This document shows positions 28,291 through 35,942 of a DNA stretch of 64,000 bases, piece after piece. A program made the position numbers and the translations under genes. Below the pieces are notes generated by a model that ran no database searches, was not told the DNA's origin, and saw only the letters and a program-made list of their open reading frames with translations. The stretch lies in NCBI GenBank assembly GCA_017476425.1, contig JAFUZV010000115.1, positions 17,349 through 81,348 of the forward strand, given 5' to 3'. How positions within the stretch are numbered: position 1 is the first letter of the stretch; every line of letters begins with the position of its first letter. The DNA comes from Selenomonadaceae bacterium. GTDB lineage: Bacteria; Bacillota; Negativicutes; Selenomonadales; Selenomonadaceae.

Positions 28291-28390
28291 ATGAAAAATT
28301 TATAAAAAGTTTAAAGTTTATTAAGAAGTTGGTTAAAAGAATGAATTATAATTGTAAAAAAAGAAAAAATTTTGTTGGTGGTGAGTGAAA

Positions 28391-29014
28391 ATGTCAATAA
28401 ATTTGAATGACGGACAAGAAATTTATCTTCAAAAAAATGATGAAGGCTTGTTCGAGAAAATTAGGATCAAAATCGGCTGGCAAATGCCTTACAAGTCGTG
28501 TAACGGGCTTTGGTTTTCGGATTTCTTTGAACATAATTACATTGAATGTCATGCTTATATGTTGATGTACAGAGAAGAAATGACGGTAGATCACGAGGAT
28601 ATTATCAGTTATTGCAATTCAGAACACTATTCACAATCAGTGCGTTATCTCGGTAAATGCTTGGAAGACAGCGGATCAGTTTCAGAAATTATGTTGATCG
28701 ATCCTGAAAAAATTCCTGAGCAATATTCAATGATCGTTTTTATGGTTGATGTTTCAAAAGTGAATGGTCAAGGTCATCATTTTGGAATGATCAGAAATGC
28801 TTATATGAATATTTCTGACGAGGAAAATACTCAAAAAATTTGTCATTATAATTTGTCCGGCAGATATGACGGAATGACTTCAATGTTAATTGGTGCGTTG
28901 TGTCGTTGTAAAAACGGCTGGGAATTTTTGGCGATCGGTGAAGGCAGCACTGAAAATATCGTTGATAATTTGATTAAGCCGGATTTATATGAAGATAGTG
29001 CTATTGCGATCTAA
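28391..29014 (+). CDS. Divergent TerD-family stress protein
   Basis: ATG at 28391 after GGTGGTGAG. INLNDGQEIYL.., IRIKIGWQ, LIDPEKIPEQYSMIVFMV, FGMIRNAYMNISDEE and NGWEFLAIGEG follow the TerD/YceD layout. The usual acidic Ca-binding GDN..GDGDDE segment is not conserved. Confidence 0.65.
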   Translation: MSINLNDGQEIYLQKNDEGLFEKIRIKIGWQMPYKSCNGLWFSDFFEHNYIECHAYMLMYREEMTVDHEDIISYCNSEHYSQSVRYLGKCLEDSGSVSEIMLIDPEKIPEQYSMIVFMVDVSKVNGQGHHFGMIRNAYMNISDEENTQKICHYNLSGRYDGMTSMLIGALCRCKNGWEFLAIGEGSTENIVDNLIKPDLYEDSAIAI

Positions 29015-29023
29015 TAAGTTGCG

Positions 29024-29052
29024 TTGACAAATTGAAATTCAAATTATAAAAT
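29024..29052 (+). promoter_or_regulatory. Sigma-70-type promoter candidate for coaBC
   Basis: TTGACA (29024-29029), 17-nt spacer, TAAAAT (29047-29052). Confidence 0.5.
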
Positions 29053-29083
29053 ACCTGCAATTAACAGCAAAGCAGGTGAAAGA

Positions 29084-30265
29084 ATGAAATTTATAATCGG
29101 TGTAAGTGGCGGAATTGCAATTTATAAAGTAGTTGATCTTGTTCGGAAATTTAAAAAGCGTGGCGATGAAGTTCGTGTTGTAATGACTAAAGCCGCAACT
29201 AAATTTGTAACGCCTGAGCTTTTTCGTGAGATAAGTTTAGAACCGGTAATGACTGACGTTTTTGGAAATGATGAGACAGCAGCGCATATCAAATGGACTA
29301 AATGGTGCGATGCAATGATAATCGCACCGGCGACAGCAAATGTGATTGGCAAATTGTCTTCTGGTATTGCGGATGAGGCCTTAACGACGGTTGCGATCGC
29401 AATGACTAAGCCATTAATTGTTGTACCGGCGATGAATGAGGCAATGTATAACAGCGCAGCAGTTACAGCAAATTTATCAACGCTTAAAACTCGCGGCGTT
29501 AAGATCATTGATCCTTCAAAAGGTGAATTAGCTTGTGGCGGTGAAGGCGTTGGACGATTGCCGGAGTCTGAAGAGATCGTTAAACAGGTTGATAAAATTT
29601 TATCGCAGAAAAAAACTTTGTTCGGCAAAAAAATTATTGTTACGGCTGGCGGAACTCGTGAGCCGATCGATCCTGTTCGTTACATTGGCAATAGATCAAG
29701 CGGCAAAATGGGTCACGCTATTGCTAAAGCAGCGGCTGATCGTGGTGCGCAGGTTGTTTTAGTTACGACAAGTAATTTAACACCGCCTGAAAATGTCAGA
29801 GTTATCAATGTCGAATCAGCGGAGCAAATGCGATATATCGTCAATGCTGAATTTGAAATGAGCGATGCAGTTATTATGTCGGCGGCGGTTGCTGATTATA
29901 GAGTTGCTGAACCTGCAACGCAGAAGATCAAGAAAAATTCTGATACGTTGACTCTTGAACTTGTTAAAAATCCGGATATTTTATTTGAACTTGGTCAGAA
30001 AAAAAATCATCAGATTTTGATCGGTTTTGCTGCGGAAACTCAAACAGTTGAAGAGAATGCGATCGCTAAACTCAAGAAGAAAAATTTAGATATGATCGTT
30101 GCAAATGATGTTACTGCTAAAGGTGCAGGATTCGCCGTCGATACAAATATTGTGACGTTGATCACCTCAAAAGGTTTAAATTCTTATCCTCAAATGCAAA
30201 AATCTGAAGTTGCTGAAATTATTTTAAATGAACTTGAAAAATTTTTAACGAATGATAAAAATTGA
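29084..30265 (+). CDS. coaBC: Bifunctional phosphopantothenoylcysteine decarboxylase / phosphopantothenate-cysteine ligase
   Basis: 393-aa ORF. Flavoprotein N-domain (IIGVSGGIAIYK, PATANVIGK) and CoaB C-domain (ITAGGTREPIDPVRYIGNRSSGKMG, AAVADYR). Confidence 0.9.
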   Translation: MKFIIGVSGGIAIYKVVDLVRKFKKRGDEVRVVMTKAATKFVTPELFREISLEPVMTDVFGNDETAAHIKWTKWCDAMIIAPATANVIGKLSSGIADEALTTVAIAMTKPLIVVPAMNEAMYNSAAVTANLSTLKTRGVKIIDPSKGELACGGEGVGRLPESEEIVKQVDKILSQKKTLFGKKIIVTAGGTREPIDPVRYIGNRSSGKMGHAIAKAAADRGAQVVLVTTSNLTPPENVRVINVESAEQMRYIVNAEFEMSDAVIMSAAVADYRVAEPATQKIKKNSDTLTLELVKNPDILFELGQKKNHQILIGFAAETQTVEENAIAKLKKKNLDMIVANDVTAKGAGFAVDTNIVTLITSKGLNSYPQMQKSEVAEIILNELEKFLTNDKN

Positions 30266-30427
30266 TTTTAAGTTAATAAATATTGTTGCAGTTTTCATTG
30301 TGAAAGCTGTATTTTTTTATAAAAATTTTTATGCTTGACTTGTAAAATTGAAAATAAAACTTTATAATACACTTTGAAATGTATGAGCGGCAAAAATAAT
30401 TTTAATTCAATCGGAGGAATATTTTTT

Positions 30428-31438
30428 ATGAAGAATTGGAAAAAATTTTTAGTTGCGTCGCTTGCTTGTTCAGCAATTTTCGCAAGCACTACGCCTGTAA
30501 ATGCTGCTTACAGTCTCAATGAAGAAGTCAAAGACGCTACACCTGCATTAATTATGGCTTCAGAGATCGGAACTCTTAAATATGAAAATCCTAATTCCGC
30601 AATGATGCACGCTAATAACAAAGATGCGATCGTAATTTTGAGTTTTGGAACGACATATAAAGAATCTCGTGCAGCGACGATCGACGCAACGGCAAAAGCG
30701 ATCGCAAATGCTCATAAAGGTGTTAAATGTGTAACTGCTTTCACAAGTCATATCGTAATTGATCATATCAAAGAGAATGAAGGCAAATGCGATTATAAAA
30801 CGCCGGAAGAAACATTAGAAGATTTACAGCGTGAAGGTTATACTAGAATTGCACTTGTATCATTCGACGTTATTCCGGGTATGGAGTATGATTATGCAAA
30901 AGCCGTTTTCAACCTCTACAAAGATCAATTTAAAGCTATGACACTTTCAACGCCGCTTATGTATTGGCAAGGTCAAGAAGAACAATCTGACGACGTTATG
31001 GAATTTGTCAAGGCGATTAAATCAAATATGCCGAAAGTTGCTAAAGATGAAGCCGTTTTATTAATGGCGCACGGCACGCCGCATCCGTCGAATGCTTATT
31101 ACTCCGTTATCAACACTCGCTTGCATTACGCCGGAATGAATAACGCTTATGTTTATACTGTTGAAGGCTGGCCAAGACTTGAACAAGCAATTCACCGTCT
31201 CAAGAGAAAAGGTTTCAAAAAAGTTTTGCTTATGCCTATTATGATGGTTGCAGGTGATCACGCTAATAACGATATGGCGGGCGATGAGCCAGATTCACAT
31301 AAATCAATTCTTGAGAAAGAAGGCTTTACTGTAAGATCGTATTTGCACGGTCTCGGTGAAAATAAAAAAATTCAAAATCTCTTCGTCGAACGTGCTAATG
31401 AGGCTTGGGACGCTCTTCAAGGCAAAGAGAAAAAATAA
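30428..31438 (+). CDS. cbiK: CbiK-type sirohydrochlorin cobaltochelatase homolog with N-terminal signal peptide
   Basis: ATG at 30428 after GGAGG. MKNWKKFLVASLACSAIFASTTPVNA signal-like segment. ILSFGTTY and LMAHGTPHPSNAYY are CbiK-type motifs. Confidence 0.7.
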   Translation: MKNWKKFLVASLACSAIFASTTPVNAAYSLNEEVKDATPALIMASEIGTLKYENPNSAMMHANNKDAIVILSFGTTYKESRAATIDATAKAIANAHKGVKCVTAFTSHIVIDHIKENEGKCDYKTPEETLEDLQREGYTRIALVSFDVIPGMEYDYAKAVFNLYKDQFKAMTLSTPLMYWQGQEEQSDDVMEFVKAIKSNMPKVAKDEAVLLMAHGTPHPSNAYYSVINTRLHYAGMNNAYVYTVEGWPRLEQAIHRLKRKGFKKVLLMPIMMVAGDHANNDMAGDEPDSHKSILEKEGFTVRSYLHGLGENKKIQNLFVERANEAWDALQGKEKK

Positions 31439-31470
31439 TTTTGATCGTACAAAAGATTTTGAAAATTTGT

Positions 31471-31499
31471 TTGACCAACGATTTTAATTGTTGTATATT
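31471..31499 (+). promoter_or_regulatory. Sigma-70-type promoter candidate for the fructose operon
   Basis: TTGACC (31471-31476), 17-nt spacer, TATATT (31494-31499). A near-palindrome TTGCAAAT..ATTTTGCAA (31508-31531) lies just downstream and could be an operator. Confidence 0.5.
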
Positions 31500-31572
31500 A
31501 TAGCTGATTGCAAATTAAATTCATTTTGCAAGAGGCTATTATTTTTTTAATTATATTTGAGGAGGAATTGAA

Positions 31573-32484
31573 TTGATTTACACAGTAACTTTCAATCCTG
31601 CGCTTGATTACATTTTGCGCCTTGATAATCCGCTTAAAACCGGCGGAATTAATCGCGTAAGCTATGAAAATGTTCTCGGCGGCGGAAAAGGTATTAATGT
31701 TTCAATCGTTCTTAGTAATCTCGGTCAAAAATCTACTGCGCTCGGTTTCGTTGCAGGTTTTACCGGTGAAGAGATCAAGCGTCAACTTCTTGAACATAAT
31801 GTGCAAAGTGATTTTGTGCAACTGCCTAACGGTTTCACTAGAATCAATGTTAAAATCAAAGCTGACGTTGAGACAGAGATCAACGGTCAAGGTCCGGACA
31901 TTAGCGAGGCAAAACGTGAAGAACTCTTCAAACAGCTTGAAAAACTTGGCGAAGGTGACACGTTAGTTTTAAGTGGATCAGTTCCAAAAACTTTACCAGA
32001 TGATATGTATCAGCAAGTACTTTTGAGACTTCAAGATAAGAAGATCAGAATTGTTGTTGATGCTGAAAAAGGTCTTTTGTTGAAAGTTTTGCAGTATAAG
32101 CCGTGGCTGATTAAACCTAATAATCACGAACTCGGTGATATGTTCGGCGTTAAACTCAAGAGTAATGAAGAGATCGTTGAATATGCTAAGAAGTTGCAAG
32201 AGAAAGGCGCACAAAATGTTTTGATCTCAATGGCAGGCGACGGAGCGATCTTAGTTACTGCTGATGGCGATTCTCATTTTTCACCGGCTCCAAAAGGTAC
32301 TCTTGTTAATTCGATCGGTGCAGGTGATTCAATGGTTGCAGGTTTCATCACCGGTTACATTGAAAGCAACGGCGATTATAAGAAGGCTTTCCATATGGGT
32401 ATTGCAACCGGTTCAGCCTCTGCATTCTCTGAAAATCTTGCAACACGTCCTGAAGTCGAGGCACTTTTGAAAACAATTCAATAA
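31573..32484 (+). CDS. fruK: 1-phosphofructokinase (PfkB family)
   Basis: 303-aa ORF with TTG start 7 nt after GGAGG. IYTVTFNPALDY, GGKGINV and the C-terminal GAGDSMVAGF motifs. Confidence 0.85.
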   Translation: MIYTVTFNPALDYILRLDNPLKTGGINRVSYENVLGGGKGINVSIVLSNLGQKSTALGFVAGFTGEEIKRQLLEHNVQSDFVQLPNGFTRINVKIKADVETEINGQGPDISEAKREELFKQLEKLGEGDTLVLSGSVPKTLPDDMYQQVLLRLQDKKIRIVVDAEKGLLLKVLQYKPWLIKPNNHELGDMFGVKLKSNEEIVEYAKKLQEKGAQNVLISMAGDGAILVTADGDSHFSPAPKGTLVNSIGAGDSMVAGFITGYIESNGDYKKAFHMGIATGSASAFSENLATRPEVEALLKTIQ

Positions 32485-32486
32485 AT

Positions 32487-32528
32487 AATTCATAATTCGG
32501 AATTCGGAATTAGGAATTGTTGATTAGT
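32487..32528 (+). repeat. Degenerate 7-nt tandem array (AATTCAT AATTCGG AATTCGG AATTAGG AATTGTT GATTAGT) in the fruK-PTS spacer
   Basis: Read directly. Six in-phase heptamers start 3 nt after the fruK stop and contain three GGA motifs. Confidence 0.85.
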
Positions 32529-32559
32529 AAAATTAATTAATTACAAGAAGTGAAATAAA

Positions 32560-33441
32560 ATGAAAATCACTAAATTTATTCCAAAGGGTTCAGTTGCACT
32601 TAATATGAATCCGTCAAGCAAGCAAGAAGCGATCGATATGTTAATTGATCTGCTTGCGTCGAGCGGCGTTATCAAAGATAAAAAAGCCATTCGTAAAGAC
32701 GTTTTAGCACGTGAAGCCGGCGGATCAACAGGTTTAGGCAATGGTTTAGCGACTCCGCACGCACAAAATAATAGCGTCAAAAAACCGGCGATTGCTGCGA
32801 TAACTGTTCCTAATGGCGTTGAATTTGATTCGATCGACGGTAAACCTGCAAGATTATTATTCTTGTTTGCTGCACCTGAAAAAGCTGATGATAAATCATT
32901 GACTGAAATGGGTCGACTTGCAGTCTTGTTAATGGATCCGGACTTTAAAGAATCATTGATCAAAGCAAAGACTACTGACGAATTTTTAAAGTTGATCGAT
33001 GCAAAAGAATCTGAACGTGAGGCATCAGAGGCAAAATCTAATTCAACACCTGCTGAACGTGTAAAAATTTTAGCTGTGACGGCTTGTCCGACAGGAATTT
33101 CATCAGCACATATGGCGGCTGAGGCACTCAAACAAGCAGCTTGGAAACGCAGCATTGCAATTCACGTTGAAACTCGTGGTGCTGAAGGCGTTTATGATGA
33201 ACTTTCTGACGATGATATTAAAGAGGCTGACGCGATCATTGTTGCTGCAAGTGCTAATGTTCCTATGTATAGATTTAACGGCAAGCGTTTAATCCAAACT
33301 GCCGTTGTTACAGGTATCAACAAGCCGGATCAACTTCTTGAACGTGTCTTATCCGGTCACGCTCCGATTCACCATCAAGATGAAGATGATGCCAGCTTTA
33401 GCAGCAAAATTCTCAAGAAGATCAAAAGCATATTTTCTTAA
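32560..33441 (+). CDS. PTS fructose-family EIIA-EIIB protein (no EIIC domain)
   Basis: 293-aa ORF. EIIA(Fru/Mtl/Ntr) segment with GLGNGLATPHA, then EIIB(Fru) with ILAVTACPTGISSAHMAAEAL. Clear paralog of the N-terminal half of the next gene. Confidence 0.8.
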   Translation: MKITKFIPKGSVALNMNPSSKQEAIDMLIDLLASSGVIKDKKAIRKDVLAREAGGSTGLGNGLATPHAQNNSVKKPAIAAITVPNGVEFDSIDGKPARLLFLFAAPEKADDKSLTEMGRLAVLLMDPDFKESLIKAKTTDEFLKLIDAKESEREASEAKSNSTPAERVKILAVTACPTGISSAHMAAEALKQAAWKRSIAIHVETRGAEGVYDELSDDDIKEADAIIVAASANVPMYRFNGKRLIQTAVVTGINKPDQLLERVLSGHAPIHHQDEDDASFSSKILKKIKSIFS

Positions 33442-33525
33442 TTGGTAATTGATAATGGGTAATTGGCAATTATTAAACAGAAAATCTTCAATTACCCATT
33501 ACACATTACCCATTACACATTAATA
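33440..33525 (+). repeat. Two opposed 7-nt arrays (AATTGGT-type x5, then ATTACCC/ATTACAC x4-5) forming a 13-bp hairpin between the PTS genes
   Basis: Units AATTGGT AATTGAT AATGGGT AATTGGC AATTATT (33440-33474) and ATTACCC ATTACAC ATTACCC ATTACAC ATTAATA (33491-33525). Positions 33453-33465 are the exact reverse complement of 33489-33501. Confidence 0.85.
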
Positions 33526-33534
33526 GAAAGTGAA

Positions 33535-35466
33535 GTGAAAAAAGTGAGAGTTACTGAATTACTCAAAAACGCAAGTATCGATCTCGGTGCTCACGTCAAA
33601 GATAAGCAAGATGCAATTTCACATCTTGTTGATCTTATGGAAAAAGGCGGCAACCTCAAAGACAAAGAGCAGTATAAGAAAGATGTTCTTGCACGTGAAG
33701 CATCCGGCACAACAGGTTTAGGTGATGGAATTGCAACGCCGCACGCTAAATCCGCCGGCGTTAAGGCTCCGGGTCTTGCCGCAATGACTATTCCTGAAGG
33801 TATCGACTTTCAATCTATGGACGGCAACCCAGCGAGATTATTTTTTGCGATTGCTGCTCCGGCTGATGGTGCTGACGATCATTTAATGATTCTTTCAAAA
33901 CTTGCAACAATGATTATGGATCCGGATTTTAAAGAGGCGTTGATCAAATCGACAACTAAAGAAGAATTTTTAAAACTGATCGACGACAAAGAAGACGGAA
34001 AATTTCAAGCTCCGGCTGATTCAGCAAATGCTGCACCGGTTTCAACTGCAGATCACATTCAAATTCTTGCTGTTACCGCTTGTCCGACCGGTATTGCTCA
34101 TACTTTTATGGCGGCTGAGTCACTGGAACAGCACGCCAAAAAACGTGGAATTTCGATCAAAGTTGAGACGAACGGCTCCGGCGGTGCTAAGAATGTTTTG
34201 ACGGCTGAAGAAATTGCAAAAGCTGACGGTATTATCGTTGCAGCTGATAAGAATGTTGCAATGGCACGTTTCGACGGTAAGAAAGTTGTTATCACGAAAG
34301 TTGCAGACGGTATTAATAAGGCTGATGAACTTATTGATCGTGCGCTTGCAGGTTCTGCGCCGGTTTATCACGCCGCTGCCGGTGGTGCTGAGGCTGAAGG
34401 TGCATCAGACGTTTCAAATGAAAGTCTTGGTCGTCAAGCGTACAAGCATTTGATGAATGGCGTTTCTCATATGTTACCGTTCGTTGTCGGCGGTGGTATT
34501 TTGATCGCTCTTGCATTCTTGATTGATGGTTTTATGGTTGATCTTAATAGTTTACCTGCTGATCAACGTGGTAATTTCGGATCGATAACACCTGTTGCAG
34601 CGTTCTTCAAAAATACCGGCGGCGCAGCATTCGGATTTATGTTACCTGTTCTTGCAGGTTTTATCGCAATGTCGATCGCTGATCGTCCGGGTCTTGCAGC
34701 TGGCTTTGTCGGTGGTGCACTTTCCGGTGCTAATGGTTCAGGTTTCTTAGGTGCACTTTTAGCCGGTTTTCTTGCAGGCTGGATTGTCAACAAACTCAAG
34801 ACTATTACAGAATCATTGCCGGATGCACTTGCAGGTATCAGACCGATTTTGATTTATCCTTTACTTGGTATTTTGTTTATTGGTATAATTTGCACTTTGA
34901 TTATTGGTCCGCCGATCGCTGCTATTAACAGCTGGTTGATTGATACACTTAGTAATATGGATCCTTCTGCTAAAGTTTTGATGGGTGCACTTGTCGGTGG
35001 TATGATGGCTATTGATATGGGTGGTCCGATCAATAAAGCGGCTTATGTTACCGGCGTTGGTCTTCTCACTCAAGGCAATTATTATGTTATCGCTGCTGTT
35101 ATGGCCGGCGGTATGGTTCCGCCGCTTGCGATTGCATTTGCTACAATGTTCTTTAAAAATAAATTCACTGAAAACGAAGTTAAATCCGGTCCGACTAACG
35201 TTGTTATGGGACTTTCCTTCATTACTGAAGGTGCAATTCCATTCGCGGCGGCTGATCCTGTTCACGTCATTCCGCCTTGCGTTATAGGTTCCGCTTTAGC
35301 CGGTGCACTTGTTATGATGTTCGGTTGCACTTTAATGGCTCCTCACGGTGGAATTTTCGTTGTTCCGACGATCGGCAATCCATTAATGTATCTTGTTGCG
35401 ATCTTTGCAGGCGCAGCAGTTGGTGCAGTTGCTCTCGGAATGTTCAAGAAAGCTCCGCAGAAATAA
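33535..35466 (+). CDS. fruA: PTS fructose-specific EIIABC component
   Basis: EIIA (GLGDGIATPHA), EIIB (ILAVTACPTGIAHTFMAAESL) and a polytopic EIIC. The start is set to in-frame GTG 33535 (GTG 33544 is also possible) because the ORF-track start at 33463 lies inside the repeat hairpin. Confidence 0.85.
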   Translation: MKKVRVTELLKNASIDLGAHVKDKQDAISHLVDLMEKGGNLKDKEQYKKDVLAREASGTTGLGDGIATPHAKSAGVKAPGLAAMTIPEGIDFQSMDGNPARLFFAIAAPADGADDHLMILSKLATMIMDPDFKEALIKSTTKEEFLKLIDDKEDGKFQAPADSANAAPVSTADHIQILAVTACPTGIAHTFMAAESLEQHAKKRGISIKVETNGSGGAKNVLTAEEIAKADGIIVAADKNVAMARFDGKKVVITKVADGINKADELIDRALAGSAPVYHAAAGGAEAEGASDVSNESLGRQAYKHLMNGVSHMLPFVVGGGILIALAFLIDGFMVDLNSLPADQRGNFGSITPVAAFFKNTGGAAFGFMLPVLAGFIAMSIADRPGLAAGFVGGALSGANGSGFLGALLAGFLAGWIVNKLKTITESLPDALAGIRPILIYPLLGILFIGIICTLIIGPPIAAINSWLIDTLSNMDPSAKVLMGALVGGMMAIDMGGPINKAAYVTGVGLLTQGNYYVIAAVMAGGMVPPLAIAFATMFFKNKFTENEVKSGPTNVVMGLSFITEGAIPFAAADPVHVIPPCVIGSALAGALVMMFGCTLMAPHGGIFVVPTIGNPLMYLVAIFAGAAVGAVALGMFKKAPQK

Positions 35467-35510
35467 TTTTCAGTAAATAATTTTGTAAATAAAACTTTCA
35501 ATAAAAAATT

Positions 35511-35556
35511 CAAATAAAAAATCCACTTGCATAATTTAGCGAGTGGAAATTTTTTT
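35511..35556 (+). terminator. Rho-independent terminator after fruA; copy 1 of a 38-nt perfect direct repeat
   Basis: TCCACTTGC / GCGAGTGGA stem (one G:U) with loop ATAATTTA and a T-run. The string CAAATAAAAAATCCACTTGCATAATTTAGCGAGTGGAA recurs at 35898-35935. Confidence 0.75.
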
Positions 35557-35567
35557 ATAAAAAATAC

Positions 35568-35598
35568 TTGACAAAAGCAAATTTTTTTTTTTTATAAT
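35568..35598 (+). promoter_or_regulatory. Promoter candidate with a T12 tract in a 19-nt spacer
   Basis: Perfect TTGACA (35568-35573) and TATAAT (35593-35598). The T run spans 35582-35593. Confidence 0.4.
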
Positions 35599-35642
35599 TT
35601 TACTTAAAGATTTTTTAAATATTATTCTTAAGAAAGTAGTTG

Positions 35643-35864
35643 ATGATTATGATTAGAAATAATTTTGTTCGTATTTTTATTTTGACGATCATTTTAAATT
35701 TTGCTATTGCAGGTTCGGCATTCGCTGGGAGATATCAGCATACTATAATTATTCATAATAATACTGGTGCGACGATTATAAGATATTATATTGCTGATAA
35801 TAATTCAACTAATTGGGGAGCTATTGATACAACGAAAAACTTTGAATATACTGCAGTAGAGTGA
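35643..35864 (+). CDS. Small hypothetical secreted protein (about 73 aa)
   Basis: Signal-peptide-like FVRIFILTIILNFAIAGSAFA. Weak SD. It has its own promoter-like and terminator-like elements. No family recognised. Confidence 0.35.
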   Translation: MIMIRNNFVRIFILTIILNFAIAGSAFAGRYQHTIIIHNNTGATIIRYYIADNNSTNWGAIDTTKNFEYTAVE

Positions 35865-35897
35865 AATATAATATTGGCTAAAGATATTTTTTCAAAA

Positions 35898-35942
35898 CAA
35901 ATAAAAAATCCACTTGCATAATTTAGCGAGTGGAATTTTTTT
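35898..35942. terminator. Copy 2 of the terminator-containing direct repeat (bidirectional, also abuts the HTH gene stop)
   Basis: Identical 38 nt to 35511-35548 followed by T7. An A-run upstream would let it serve the convergent minus-strand gene as well. Confidence 0.7.

Noticed and set aside
26027-28388. Short peptides beginning M(S/N)YNCK: the histidine-kinase ORF extension at 26027, and a 15-codon mini-ORF at 28341-28388 (MNYNCKKRKNFVGGE) ending 2 nt before the TerD-like start
   Set aside because: The shared residues come from the conserved DNA block TTATAATTGTAAAA, which contains a TATAAT box. Conservation is at the nucleotide level and is more simply read as a promoter or operator element than as a leader peptide.
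30266-30427. Possible cobalamin riboswitch upstream of cbiK
   Set aside because: The region is only about 160 nt and extremely AT-rich. No B12-box-like GCCACTG element or extended pairing is visible.
32495-32520. Repeated GAATTC (EcoRI-type) palindromes in the fruK-PTS spacer as possible restriction or cloning scars
   Set aside because: They are a by-product of the AATTCGG heptamer unit repeated in tandem. The same unit family occurs in other native-looking leaders (the flgE region), so an artefact explanation is unnecessary.
32541-33155. 204-aa minus-strand ORF antisense to the PTS EIIA-EIIB gene
   Set aside because: It has an Ala/Ser-rich low-complexity translation typical of the antisense of a relatively GC-rich coding region. 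There is no SD, and the sense strand has clear PTS motifs. The same reasoning applies to antisense ORFs at 29122-29628, 16373-16858, 26563-26991, 34861-35265 and others in the track.
33463-33534. ORF-track N-terminal extension of fruA (MAIIKQKIFNYPLHITHYTLIESE...)
   Set aside because: It starts inside the loop of the 13-bp repeat hairpin and simply translates the ATTACCC/ATTACAC heptamers. The paralogous upstream protein aligns only from VRVTELL onward, so I use in-frame GTG 33535 or 33544 instead.
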